64,000 bases of DNA from NCBI GenBank assembly GCA_040756875.1, contig JBFLYH010000002.1, positions 318,526-382,525 on the forward strand. Direction: 5' to 3'. Source of the DNA: a candidate division FCPU426 bacterium (GTDB lineage Bacteria > Oederibacteriota > JAAXVQ01 > JAUVAV01). Of the stretch, positions 1-8,636 are shown piece by piece; position 1 is the stretch's first letter, and every line of letters begins with the position of its first letter. A model generated the notes under the pieces. That model did not search any database and was not told where the DNA came from. It was given only the letters and a program-made list of their open reading frames with translations. A program made the translations under genes and the position numbers.

Positions 1-212
1 TCCGCGGCCAGGCCCAGCCAGGTCAGCGTCCCGGCCTGGTCGTCGGCCAGGACCGCGCAGTACTCCTGGTCCGAAACCGAAAACCAGGCGGCCAAGCGCC
101 GGCCTTTGGCGAGGGCTGTAATCACCGCGGTGCGGAATGCTTCCGGGCCGAGCGGGGGTATGCGGGTGCGGCTCAGGGCTTCTTCGTTGCGTGTTACGGC
201 TGCGGCTTTCAC
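1..212 (-). CDS. N-terminus of probable HycE/EhrL-like large subunit of a group 4 hydrogenase-related complex (runs off window edge)
   Basis: GTG at 212 overlaps the hyfF-like stop (GTGA). Frame reads MKAAAVTRNEEALSRTRIPPLGPEAFRTAVITALAKGRRLAAWF...VLADDQAG open to the edge. Position after hyfB-C-E-F is where the large subunit normally lies. Confidence 0.6.
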   Translation of the reverse strand, partial: MKAAAVTRNEEALSRTRIPPLGPEAFRTAVITALAKGRRLAAWFSVSDQEYCAVLADDQAGTLTWLGLAA

Positions 213-1654
213 CGGGCGCCCCCCAGCAGAACGGCGGCTTGTTCCAACGCAATCCGCACAAATGAAGGAAGATACACGCCGAGCAGCAGGATCCCCGCGC
301 CCAGCAAGGCCGGCGGCAACACGGCCCACAGGCGTTCGCGCAGCGGCTCTTTCCAGCCGGCCGGAAGCGCCCCTTGGACCATGCGCACCACGCTGGAAGC
401 CATGCCGATCACTACGGCCAGCAAAAACAGAAGATAAAGCGAGGCCGCCAGCCAGGCGCCGTGGTTAAGCGCGGCTTTCAGTACGAGCCATTCGCTCCAA
501 AAAAGTCCGAACGGCGGAAACCCGGCCAGCGCTAAAAATCCAGCCATCCACATGGGCCCGGAAACCGGCAGCAGGCGCCCGGCTCCCCGCACATCCGCAA
601 TGGCTTTGGTGCCGTATGCCGCCAGCACATTTCCGGCCAGGAGAAACATCATGGCCTTGGCCAAGGAATGGTTGACCGCATGCAGCAGCGATGCATAAAT
701 GCCGGCGCCGCCGATGCCCAATCCCAGCGCCAGCACGCCCATGTGTTCGATCGAAGAGTACGCCAGCATGCGCTTGAAGTCGGTTTGTCCCAGGATAAAG
801 ACCGCGGCCACCAGCATGGAAAACAGGCCCAACGCGACCAGCGTATACTGCGCGAAGGCGCCCTGCCCTGCCGCGGCGCATACTTCCCGCGCGCGCGCAA
901 TGCCGAGAAAAGCGCACGAAAGCAGGGCGCCGGAGAGCAGGGCCGACACCGGCGAAGGCGCTTCGCTGTGCGCATCCGGCAGCCAGGCATGCATGGGCGC
1001 CAGGCCCATCTTGGTGCCGTAGCCAACCAGCAGGAGAATCCAGGCGCCTTTCAGCCAGGGCGCGTGCAAGGACCGGGCGGACGCGGCCAACTCCTGCACG
1101 GTCAGTCCTGACCCGCTGCCGCCTGCCGCCATGGCCAGAAAATAAGTCCCCAACAGGGCCAGGGCAATGCCAACCGAACACAGCAACAGGTATTTCCAGG
1201 TGGCCTCCAGCGAGCGGTCGCTGCGGTGGAAATAGATCAGCGGCGCGCTGGAAAGCGTCGTGGCTTCGACCGCCGCCCATAACAGGACCAAGTGCTGGCT
1301 CAAAACCACCCAGGTCATGGCGCCGAGAAAAAACAACAGACAGGATGCAAAAGCCGGCAGGGCAAACGATTCATGTTTGGCGTCCGCCTGCCGTTCAGGC
1401 CTCAGGTAACCATATGTATACAAGCTGGCTATAAAAAACAGCAGGCTGATGACGCCGAGCAGGACTTTTCCGGCCGCATCCAGCGCGAGCCAGCCGTTCC
1501 AGACGGGGGCGGGCGCGGCAGCCATTGCCGCGGCGGCCAGCAGCAACTGGCCGAGGCCGGCGGCCACCAGCCAGACACGAATCAAGACCGGCCGGCGCAG
1601 TAGCAGTGCCAGCGCTCCGGCCGCGGGTGCGAACAGCGCCAAGGCCCAGATCAC
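209..1654 (-). CDS. hyfF: Hydrogenase-4 component F-like antiporter-type membrane subunit
   Basis: Hydrophobic, with GYGTKMGLAPMHAWLPDAHSEAPSPVSALLSG and KRMLAYSSIEHMG motifs. GTG start at 1654 overlaps the upstream stop. Confidence 0.85.
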   Translation of the reverse strand: MIWALALFAPAAGALALLLRRPVLIRVWLVAAGLGQLLLAAAAMAAAPAPVWNGWLALDAAGKVLLGVISLLFFIASLYTYGYLRPERQADAKHESFALPAFASCLLFFLGAMTWVVLSQHLVLLWAAVEATTLSSAPLIYFHRSDRSLEATWKYLLLCSVGIALALLGTYFLAMAAGGSGSGLTVQELAASARSLHAPWLKGAWILLLVGYGTKMGLAPMHAWLPDAHSEAPSPVSALLSGALLSCAFLGIARAREVCAAAGQGAFAQYTLVALGLFSMLVAAVFILGQTDFKRMLAYSSIEHMGVLALGLGIGGAGIYASLLHAVNHSLAKAMMFLLAGNVLAAYGTKAIADVRGAGRLLPVSGPMWMAGFLALAGFPPFGLFWSEWLVLKAALNHGAWLAASLYLLFLLAVVIGMASSVVRMVQGALPAGWKEPLRERLWAVLPPALLGAGILLLGVYLPSFVRIALEQAAVLLGGAR

Positions 1655-2358
1655 GGGCGCGCCTCCGGTGCGATGCGGGCGCCCGGCCGGTTCTCTTCCC
1701 GCCGCCAATCGCGCAGAAAGTTCATGCGGTTGGTGTCGATATGGTCAAATTTCCGGTGGATGTGAAAAATAGCGATGCCCATGATGAAGACCGCAGCCAG
1801 CACATCCAGCAGCACCGCCAGTTCCAGCAGCCGCGGGGCTTCCGGGACCAGCAGGGTGCCAAAAGCAAAAACACCGTTTTCCAGGACCAAATAGCCGATG
1901 GTTTGGGTCAGGGCTTTGAGGCGGGTGGTGATCAGAAAAAAACCGGTCAGGACCAAGAAGAAGGACGCAGGCAGCGGCAGACCGGCGGGTGCGCCCGGCC
2001 AGGCGGCCATGCTGCGGCTGGCGAAAACACAAGCTGCCAGCAGCACGATCCCGATCCAGATCGAAAGACCGAACCCCACGAACGGCTCGACTTCGTGCCT
2101 GACCTCAGCCTGACGCATGGCCCGCAGCAACAGCCAGGGAAAAACCACCGCTTTGAGCAGGATCGCCGCGCCTGACATAATCCAGGCCGAAGGATGCGCG
2201 CCGGCCGCTCCGGCAAAAACCGGCAGCAACCCCAATCCCAGGCCCTGGACCGCGACCACCCGGATGCCAAAAGCCAGGCGGCTGGCGCCGAAGAGCGCCA
2301 AACCGCTGAGAATGAGCAGTACGGACAAAAGATTGGCCACCTCGGGCTGCCAACTCAT
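1651..2358 (-). CDS. hyfE: Hydrogenase-4 component E-like membrane subunit
   Basis: KALTQTIGYLVLENG and ELAVLLDV motifs, C-terminal FDHIDT. ATGA overlap with the upstream gene. Confidence 0.85.
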   Translation of the reverse strand: MSWQPEVANLLSVLLILSGLALFGASRLAFGIRVVAVQGLGLGLLPVFAGAAGAHPSAWIMSGAAILLKAVVFPWLLLRAMRQAEVRHEVEPFVGFGLSIWIGIVLLAACVFASRSMAAWPGAPAGLPLPASFFLVLTGFFLITTRLKALTQTIGYLVLENGVFAFGTLLVPEAPRLLELAVLLDVLAAVFIMGIAIFHIHRKFDHIDTNRMNFLRDWRREENRPGARIAPEARP

Positions 2359-3263
2359 CGCAGCACCCATACCAAGGCGATCACCGTCAACGCGCCTGCG
2401 CCCGCGAGCAGGCGAGGCAGGCTGGGAAGGCGCCAACGGGCCATGGTCGATTCGACCAAACCCACCGCCACGGCCACAGCCGCCATGCCTGCCAACGAGG
2501 CGGCGATCCACAGCCATGCCGGACCCCGGTCAACGGGCACGAACAAACCTACGAGCAGGGCCGAAAAAACTGAAAATTTCACCGCGCTTCCGGCGACGAC
2601 CAGAGCCAGATCCGGCCCGGCCACATCCAGGATCATGGCTTCATGGATCATCGTCAGTTCCAGATGCGTGTTCGGGTCATCCACGGGCAGGCGCGCGTTC
2701 TCCACGGCCAGCACAACGGCCCAGGCCAGGGCCACCAGGCACACCGCGACATCCGGCCAGCCGGCCGCCCCTCCCAGCAGGCCGCTCAATGACCACTGCC
2801 CCTGGCGCAAAGCCAGCACGGCAAGACCTAAAAACAGCACGGGTTCAGCCAGGGCTGAAAGCCAGGCTTCACGGCTGGCACCCAGCCCCGCGAAAGCCGA
2901 GCCGGTATCCAGGGCGCCCAGCACCAACCCGAAACGCGCCAAAGCCAGCAGATACAGCATGAGCACCGCATCTCCAGGAAAAGCGGCCAGCGCCCGCTGG
3001 CCTGCCCAGGGCACGAACGTGCTGGCCAGGAGCACGGCCGCCAGGCTCCAGGCAGTGGCCGCGCGCAGCACCCAGCTGGTGGTGCGGCTGTAGACGGTTC
3101 GTTTGCCCCACAGCTTTGCCAGGTCATAATAGGCTTGCAATAGCGGCATGCCCTGCCTCCCGCCGAAAAACGCCTTGACGCGGTTTATCAGGCCCAGCCA
3201 CAGGGGCGCCAGCAGCAAGGCCGCTCCCCAGGCCAGTCCGGACAGCCCAAGTTTGGCGTCCAT
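2355..3263 (-). CDS. hyfC: HyfC/HycD (NuoH-like) membrane subunit
   Basis: GRQGMPLLQAYYDLAKL, GSAFAGLGASRE and ENARLPVDDPNTHLELTMIHEAM motifs. ATG at 3263 overlaps the hyfB-like stop. Confidence 0.85.
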   Translation of the reverse strand: MDAKLGLSGLAWGAALLLAPLWLGLINRVKAFFGGRQGMPLLQAYYDLAKLWGKRTVYSRTTSWVLRAATAWSLAAVLLASTFVPWAGQRALAAFPGDAVLMLYLLALARFGLVLGALDTGSAFAGLGASREAWLSALAEPVLFLGLAVLALRQGQWSLSGLLGGAAGWPDVAVCLVALAWAVVLAVENARLPVDDPNTHLELTMIHEAMILDVAGPDLALVVAGSAVKFSVFSALLVGLFVPVDRGPAWLWIAASLAGMAAVAVAVGLVESTMARWRLPSLPRLLAGAGALTVIALVWVLR

Positions 3264-5245
3264 CACAACCACCCCCAGAGAACGAGCAGAATCAGCGCCG
3301 CGGCGATGTACAGCACGTAGAGTTGGATGCGGCCCTGCTGCAGCCAGCGCAACCACGCCAAACCGGCGGCTGCGCCCCGGAACAGCGGTTCCAGCAGCTG
3401 GCGTTGAAACAGATCGGACACCCGCGTCTGCCAGCTGGCCTGCTGGGGAAAATGCCCCGCCGGCAGCTGGGCCTCGACCTGCGGCCTGAGCCACACGCTC
3501 AACGAGCGCGCCAGCGGCTGGCTGAAAGAGGCGGCGGTATACTGCATGCGCGCCGTCGGCGCCTCGTATCCGCAATCCCAGGTTGGACCGTACGCGGCTT
3601 CGCCTCGCAGCCTGCGGTTGCGCAACCCGGCGAGCAGACCGGCCAAGACCAACAGCGCCGCACCGGCGGCGGTCAGATACCGCAGCCAGCCCGCGGTTTG
3701 ACGCAGCGCGGCCAGCGCTTCCGGATGCTGTTGGCCGGCTATCGCGATCGCCACCGGTTGCAGTTTCAGGCACAACCAGGGCCCAAGCAAACCGGCAGCC
3801 AGGCAGGCGGCGGCCAGCGCCGCCATGGGCGCCAGCAGGGGCCAGGTTGTTTCGCGGGCATTGCCCGCTTCCGGCGTCCGGGCTTCGCCCAAAAATAATG
3901 CGCCAAAAGCTTTGGCCATGGCAGCCAGCGCCAAACCGCCCATGGCAGCCAGTCCCGCCAGGGCGGCGATAGCCCACAGGTTCCAATGGATGGGTACTTG
4001 GGTAATGCCCATGAAAGCGGCGGAGTACACCACCCACTCGCCCACAAAACCGCCGAACGGCGGCAACCCGCCGGCCGCAGCCGCGCCTATAAAAAAGAAC
4101 ACACCCGTGGCCGGCATGCGTTTAATCAGCCCGCCGCCCATGTTCAAATTGCGCGAGCCCATACCCCGGGCCGCAGCACCGGCGCTGAAAAAAAGCAAAG
4201 CTTTGAACCCCGCGTGATTGAGCACGTGCAGCACCAGACCCATGGCCCCCACAGCCGTTAGCGCCGGAATCAGCCAGGCACGACCCAGCAAGACCAAGCC
4301 CAGTCCCAGCGCAATGATGCCGACGTTCTCCACGCTGGAATAGGCCAACAGACGCTTCAGGTCATGCTGGGCCAAGGCAAAGGCGGCACCGAACACGCCG
4401 GAAACAATTCCCAAGCCGATCAGCACGCCGCCCCACCACGGCGGCACGACGTCAAAAAACGTCAAAATGCGGAGTAAGCCGTAAATGCCAAGCTTGATCA
4501 TGACGGCCGACATCAGGGCCGAAACATGGCTGGGCGCAGCCGGGTGCGCCTCGGGCAGCCAGACGTGCAGCGGCACCAAGCCGGCTTTAAGCCCGAACCC
4601 GGCCAGGGCCAGCAGAAACAGCCAGCTGTAGGCAACCGGCAGTTTGCCGGCCAGCCGGGCGAATTCATACCCGCCGCCCGTCCGGCCAACCAGGGCGAAG
4701 AATGCCAGCAGACAAAACACGCCGATGTGGGAGGCAATCAGATACAGCCATCCGGCCCGCCGGACGTTTTCATCTTCATGGCTTTGCACCACTAAAAAAT
4801 ACGAAGACAGGGTCATGAGTTCCCAAGCCACGATAAACAGCAAGGCGTTGCGCGCCAAAAGCACGGCGGCCATACTGGCCACGAGCAGATTGAAAAAAAA
4901 CCAATGGCTGCCTATGCGTGCCCCGTGTTTCTCGGGCCGCAGATAACCCCAGCCAAAGAGCGCAGCACAACCTGAAACGCCAAAGAGCACGGACAGGAAA
5001 AAACCGGACAAGGGATCAATCCCCAAGGACAGAGCGGCATCGGGCATGGCCCACGGCAGGTCGCATTGAAAAACCCGTTCCGGCTGCAGAGCGGGCAGCG
5101 AGGCTGCCAGCCCCAGCCCCGCAGACAGGCAAGCGCTGCCGCTGCCCGCGCTTGCCGCCCAGGCCGGGCGGTGGCGCAACAGCCAAGCCAGGCTTCCCCC
5201 GGCCAGCAGCGCTCCCAAGGCCAACGTCCAGGCGACGGCAGTCAT
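3263..5245 (-). CDS. hyfB: Hydrogenase-4 component B-like (NuoL/MrpA-type) membrane subunit
   Basis: GFGLKAGLVPLHVWLPEAHPAAPSHVSALMS, KRLLAYSSVEN, C-terminal TWDCGY...RMQYTAASF. Confidence 0.88.
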   Translation of the reverse strand: MTAVAWTLALGALLAGGSLAWLLRHRPAWAASAGSGSACLSAGLGLAASLPALQPERVFQCDLPWAMPDAALSLGIDPLSGFFLSVLFGVSGCAALFGWGYLRPEKHGARIGSHWFFFNLLVASMAAVLLARNALLFIVAWELMTLSSYFLVVQSHEDENVRRAGWLYLIASHIGVFCLLAFFALVGRTGGGYEFARLAGKLPVAYSWLFLLALAGFGLKAGLVPLHVWLPEAHPAAPSHVSALMSAVMIKLGIYGLLRILTFFDVVPPWWGGVLIGLGIVSGVFGAAFALAQHDLKRLLAYSSVENVGIIALGLGLVLLGRAWLIPALTAVGAMGLVLHVLNHAGFKALLFFSAGAAARGMGSRNLNMGGGLIKRMPATGVFFFIGAAAAGGLPPFGGFVGEWVVYSAAFMGITQVPIHWNLWAIAALAGLAAMGGLALAAMAKAFGALFLGEARTPEAGNARETTWPLLAPMAALAAACLAAGLLGPWLCLKLQPVAIAIAGQQHPEALAALRQTAGWLRYLTAAGAALLVLAGLLAGLRNRRLRGEAAYGPTWDCGYEAPTARMQYTAASFSQPLARSLSVWLRPQVEAQLPAGHFPQQASWQTRVSDLFQRQLLEPLFRGAAAGLAWLRWLQQGRIQLYVLYIAAALILLVLWGWL

Positions 5246-5943
5246 GCTTCCGCCTCATTCCCGGCTTCCTGGTCCGACAGCGTCTTCTCGGCGACCGCAA
5301 CCGCGGCGATGATTTTCTCGCGCGTCGCCTGCTCTTTAAGCAGGGCTTTAAGCCCGGGATCGCGGAGCACGAACCCCAAACGGGAAAGCATGTGCAAATG
5401 CGCCCGCACCGTGGGGCTGACCAACGCGAACAGCGCGTGCACGGGCTGGCCGTCCAGCGCGCCAAACGGAACCGGATTTTCCAAAAAGCCCAGGGTAATG
5501 GCCGGTTGCTCAACGTGCAGTACGACCGGATTGCGGACATGCGGAAGCGCGATGCCTTCGCCGATGGCCGTCGATCCCAAATCCTCGCGCGCCTGCATGA
5601 CTTGCAGCAAGAATTTACGGTCCACTGCCTCGGGCAGCCGCATCTGTTCGACCAAGGCGGCCAGGACCTCGTCTTTGGTGTTCCCGCCTAAACGATAGTA
5701 AATGCCGCCGGCTTGCAGTGCTTCCGCCAGGGTCGGCAATTGCGCTTCTGGTATCGGTTCCGTGAATATTTCCGGAGAGACGTTCAAGCGGCGGGCAGTG
5801 GCCCATTCCAGTAATTCAACGCGGTTGAACCGGTATTGATCGTGGACACGAAATGCAGGCAGTTTCCCATCCCCGATCCAACGATAGATCGTTTTTTCCG
5901 AAACCTGTAAAAGCTTGGCCGCATCGCGCACAGAAAGATCCAT
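5242..5943 (-). CDS. Excisionase/MerR-like HTH fused to PTS EIIA (Ntr/Fru-type) domain
   Basis: N-terminal LSVRDAAKLLQVSEKTIYRWI HTH. C-terminal RE..GSTAIGEGIALPHVR (phospho-His) and FGALDGQPV. Confidence 0.85.
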   Translation of the reverse strand: MDLSVRDAAKLLQVSEKTIYRWIGDGKLPAFRVHDQYRFNRVELLEWATARRLNVSPEIFTEPIPEAQLPTLAEALQAGGIYYRLGGNTKDEVLAALVEQMRLPEAVDRKFLLQVMQAREDLGSTAIGEGIALPHVRNPVVLHVEQPAITLGFLENPVPFGALDGQPVHALFALVSPTVRAHLHMLSRLGFVLRDPGLKALLKEQATREKIIAAVAVAEKTLSDQEAGNEAEA

Positions 5944-5975
5944 GAAAACCTCGAAAAAGCGTTTTTCTCAAACCC

Positions 5976-6008
5976 GGACATTCTCTTTCTTTTGTCCATA
6001 AATGTCAA
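5976..6008 (-). promoter_or_regulatory. Putative sigma70 promoter of the HTH-EIIA/hyf operon with overlapping inverted repeat GGACA-N12-TGTCC
   Basis: Minus strand TTGACA (6008-6003), 17-bp spacer, GAGAAT (5985-5980). Palindromic arms at 5976-5980 and 5993-5997. Confidence 0.5.
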
Positions 6009-6255
6009 TCCCTCCGCTAGAATCCCAGGTCTTCAGTTCCCAAAGGGACCACTGGCCTGGGCGAGGTTTGCGGGATGTATTGGCTGAGTGGTGAAGCCCT
6101 GCCAACCACAGGGAAATAATAACCCAGAGGGCCGCTCCCCTTGCGCTCAGGCTCCTTCCTATATATCCTGTATATCCTGATTCTGAATTCCTCTTGGCAG
6201 TGCGCCAAGAGGTGTGAGATGATGTGCCTCATTAGAGCATGCGCACGGAGTGAAA

Positions 6256-7167
6256 ATGCCAACGGATCAAATTTTTAACACACTCTCCCAGGCCTCCCGA
6301 AACCAGGTCCTGACGAGTCATTCCCTGTCCCTGGAGTGCACTTTCCGGCTGGGCGGGCCTGCCCAATACTTCGCAGCCCCGCCGGATACGCAATCATTGG
6401 CCGCGCTCCTCGCGATTTGCCGGGAAAACAACCTGCCTTGGTTCGTGCTCGGCGGCGGCTCAAATGTCCTGTTTCGCGATGAAGGGGTTCCGGGCTTGGT
6501 CATTTCCACGAAAAATATGCGCCAAATCGCACTGATTCCCGGCAACTTGCTTAGCGTGTCCGCCGGAGCACTCAACCAGGATGTGACGGCGTGGACAGAA
6601 ACCCAGGGATTTTCCGGTTTTGAATGGGCCAATGGATTGCCCGGCAGCGTGGGCGGCGGTGTATATATGAATGCCCGCTGCTACGGCAAGTCTTTTTCCG
6701 ATATCATCGCCGAAGTGGAAGTCCTTACTGACACAGGCGAATTCCGCACCCTCAGCTCCGCGGAGTGCGGATTTGATTATAAGGCCTCTGTCTTCCAGAC
6801 CAAGCCCTGGGTGATTGTCCGCGCTTCCCTCGCTGTGGCGCCCGGTGATCCCGAGCGGATCCGCGCCCTGGGCATGGCCAACCGCCAGGACCGGGAACAA
6901 AAAGGGCAGTTTATGCTGCCGTCGGCTGGCTGCGTGTTCAAGAACGACTATGCCTCGGGCAATCCGGCCGGCCGCCTGATTGAAGCCTGCGGCCTGAAAG
7001 GCCGCCAGGTCGGCGGCGTGAAGATTTACGAACGTCACGCCAATTTCATCGTCAACACGGGCACCGGCACCACGCGCGACGTGCTGGCCCTGATGGACGA
7101 AGTCATCCGTACGGTCTGGAACCAGCGGCAGATCAGGCTCGAGCCCGAAGTCCGGGTCGTCCCCTAA
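6256..7167 (+). CDS. murB: UDP-N-acetylmuramate dehydrogenase
   Basis: TFRLGGPA, LGGGSNVL, GLPGSVGGGVYMNA, PSAGCVFKN, HANFIVN and LEPEV motifs. Confidence 0.93.
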   Translation: MPTDQIFNTLSQASRNQVLTSHSLSLECTFRLGGPAQYFAAPPDTQSLAALLAICRENNLPWFVLGGGSNVLFRDEGVPGLVISTKNMRQIALIPGNLLSVSAGALNQDVTAWTETQGFSGFEWANGLPGSVGGGVYMNARCYGKSFSDIIAEVEVLTDTGEFRTLSSAECGFDYKASVFQTKPWVIVRASLAVAPGDPERIRALGMANRQDREQKGQFMLPSAGCVFKNDYASGNPAGRLIEACGLKGRQVGGVKIYERHANFIVNTGTGTTRDVLALMDEVIRTVWNQRQIRLEPEVRVVP

Positions 7168-7185
7168 CCCCGGTTGCGTAGAACC

Positions 7186-7293
7186 CACCACGAAGGCACG
7201 AAGCTCGCGAAGAAATCCCAGCCAAAAGTCCGAGGTTAAATCATTTACCCAAAACCCTTCCTTCATGCCCTTCGCGGCTTCGTGGTGAAAGAA
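7186..7293. repeat. REP/MITE-like imperfect palindromic element, copy 1
   Basis: CACCACGAAGGCACGAAGCTC...GTTAAATCATTTA...CTTCGTGGTGAAAGAA. A 10-bp terminal inverted repeat (CACCACGAAG/CTTCGTGGTG). Second copy at 10584-10692. Confidence 0.8.
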
Positions 7294-7424
7294 CTGTCCT
7301 TCTAACCTTCGCGGCCTCGCAGTGAATATATTTATAGTAGAATAGATTCATCTTCAGGGGACACCTGAAAACGCCGTGGCTTATTCCAGAGTGCCGGCCA
7401 AACGAACAACACCCGGGTTGAGGC

Positions 7425-8636
7425 GTGGATATGAAGAAACAAGGTTTCAGGGTATTCTGCGCGGTCCTGCTGTTCAGCGGCCTGGCCGCCCCGGCCCGGC
7501 CCGCGACCTTCGGCGAGCAGGGCACCGGCACCTACACGACGTATGATTTGTATGGCCGTCAGCGCGCCTCGCAATTTGTTTGCGGTGAAACGGGATCCGT
7601 CAACCGGATCTTCATGTACCTCTACTCCGCAGGCTCCCTCGACGACTGCCGGGTGGCGATCTATGCCAGCGGCGGGCTGAATATTCCCGGCGCGCTTCTG
7701 GCTGAAAGCGCTTCGCAGCCGGCGGTGGCGGGGTGGAATGAATTCGTGATTCCCACCGTCGCGGTCACCAGCGGCAGCACCTATTGGCTTGCCATGCAAA
7801 CCAACGACACCAATACGACTTTGGAATTGTGCATGTATCTCGATGCGGATCCGGATAAAGCCAAGGGCCACGATCTGGCTTACGGCCCCTTTTCCAATCC
7901 GTTCGGAACCATTGACATAACCTGGAACCGGCGCTATTGCCTGTATGCGACCGAAATTTTACCCACGCCCACGCCCTCTTCCACCGTTACCCCCACCCCG
8001 TCTTTCACGCGTTCAAGCACGCCGACCTTCACGGCCACACGCTCGCCCACCTTCACGGGCACGCCCACGCCATCCTTTACCCCCACGCCCTCGCCATCCG
8101 CTACGGCCACGGCCACGCCCTCCTCCACCGGATCTCACACACCCACGTTCACGGCCTCAGCCACGTTCTCCCCTTCAACCACTTCCACTCCGTCGGCGAC
8201 CGACACTCCCACCCGGACTGCTACGGCCACGCCGTTCAACGTGTTTACCGCCACAGCGACCCCCACGCCCACGCTGACCGCCGTCTCGCTGGAAACCGCC
8301 ACTTCCAGCCCAAGCTCCACTCCGACTCCGACTTCGACCCCGGCGCCGCTCGCGACTGGAATCGTCATTCGCAATAACGTCATCCGGCCTGGCCTCGGCC
8401 AGGCATTGGGCGTGGAGGTTCCCGTTCCCGCAGCTCAGCGCGTCAGCGTGAAGATTTATGATCAACTGGGCCAGCCTGCTGCCACGCTCTGGGACGGCCA
8501 GGCCGAGGCCGGGCTGCTGGCCCTGCGCTGGCAGGGCCGGGACCAACGCAATCAACCTGCGCCATCGGGCGTCTATATCCTGATCGTCAAAACGCCGCAA
8601 GCCGAAGTCAGACGGAAAGTGGTGGTCATCCGGTGA
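7425..8636 (+). CDS. Secreted protein: signal peptide, ~140-aa beta-rich domain, long Pro/Thr/Ser linker, C-terminal FlgD-Ig/T9SS-like sorting domain
   Basis: N-terminal basic + hydrophobic signal, TPTP repeats, C-terminal VKIYDQLGQ...WQGRDQRNQPAPSGVYIL...RKVVVIR. Confidence 0.75.
   Translation: MDMKKQGFRVFCAVLLFSGLAAPARPATFGEQGTGTYTTYDLYGRQRASQFVCGETGSVNRIFMYLYSAGSLDDCRVAIYASGGLNIPGALLAESASQPAVAGWNEFVIPTVAVTSGSTYWLAMQTNDTNTTLELCMYLDADPDKAKGHDLAYGPFSNPFGTIDITWNRRYCLYATEILPTPTPSSTVTPTPSFTRSSTPTFTATRSPTFTGTPTPSFTPTPSPSATATATPSSTGSHTPTFTASATFSPSTTSTPSATDTPTRTATATPFNVFTATATPTPTLTAVSLETATSSPSSTPTPTSTPAPLATGIVIRNNVIRPGLGQALGVEVPVPAAQRVSVKIYDQLGQPAATLWDGQAEAGLLALRWQGRDQRNQPAPSGVYILIVKTPQAEVRRKVVVIR

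Noticed and set aside
5760-5943. Excisionase marking a prophage
   Set aside because: The HTH is fused to PTS EIIA within a metabolic operon, and there are no integrase or phage genes.
6017-6262. 81-aa ORF containing RIRIYRIYRK
   Set aside because: Reflects a short ATATCCTG repeat in intergenic DNA and overlaps the murB start region, with no coding support.
7960-8345. Pro/Thr codon repeats (also in 34598-41929 and 62110-62410) as CRISPR or tandem DNA arrays
   Set aside because: Low-complexity in-frame linkers with no constant repeat-spacer periodicity.
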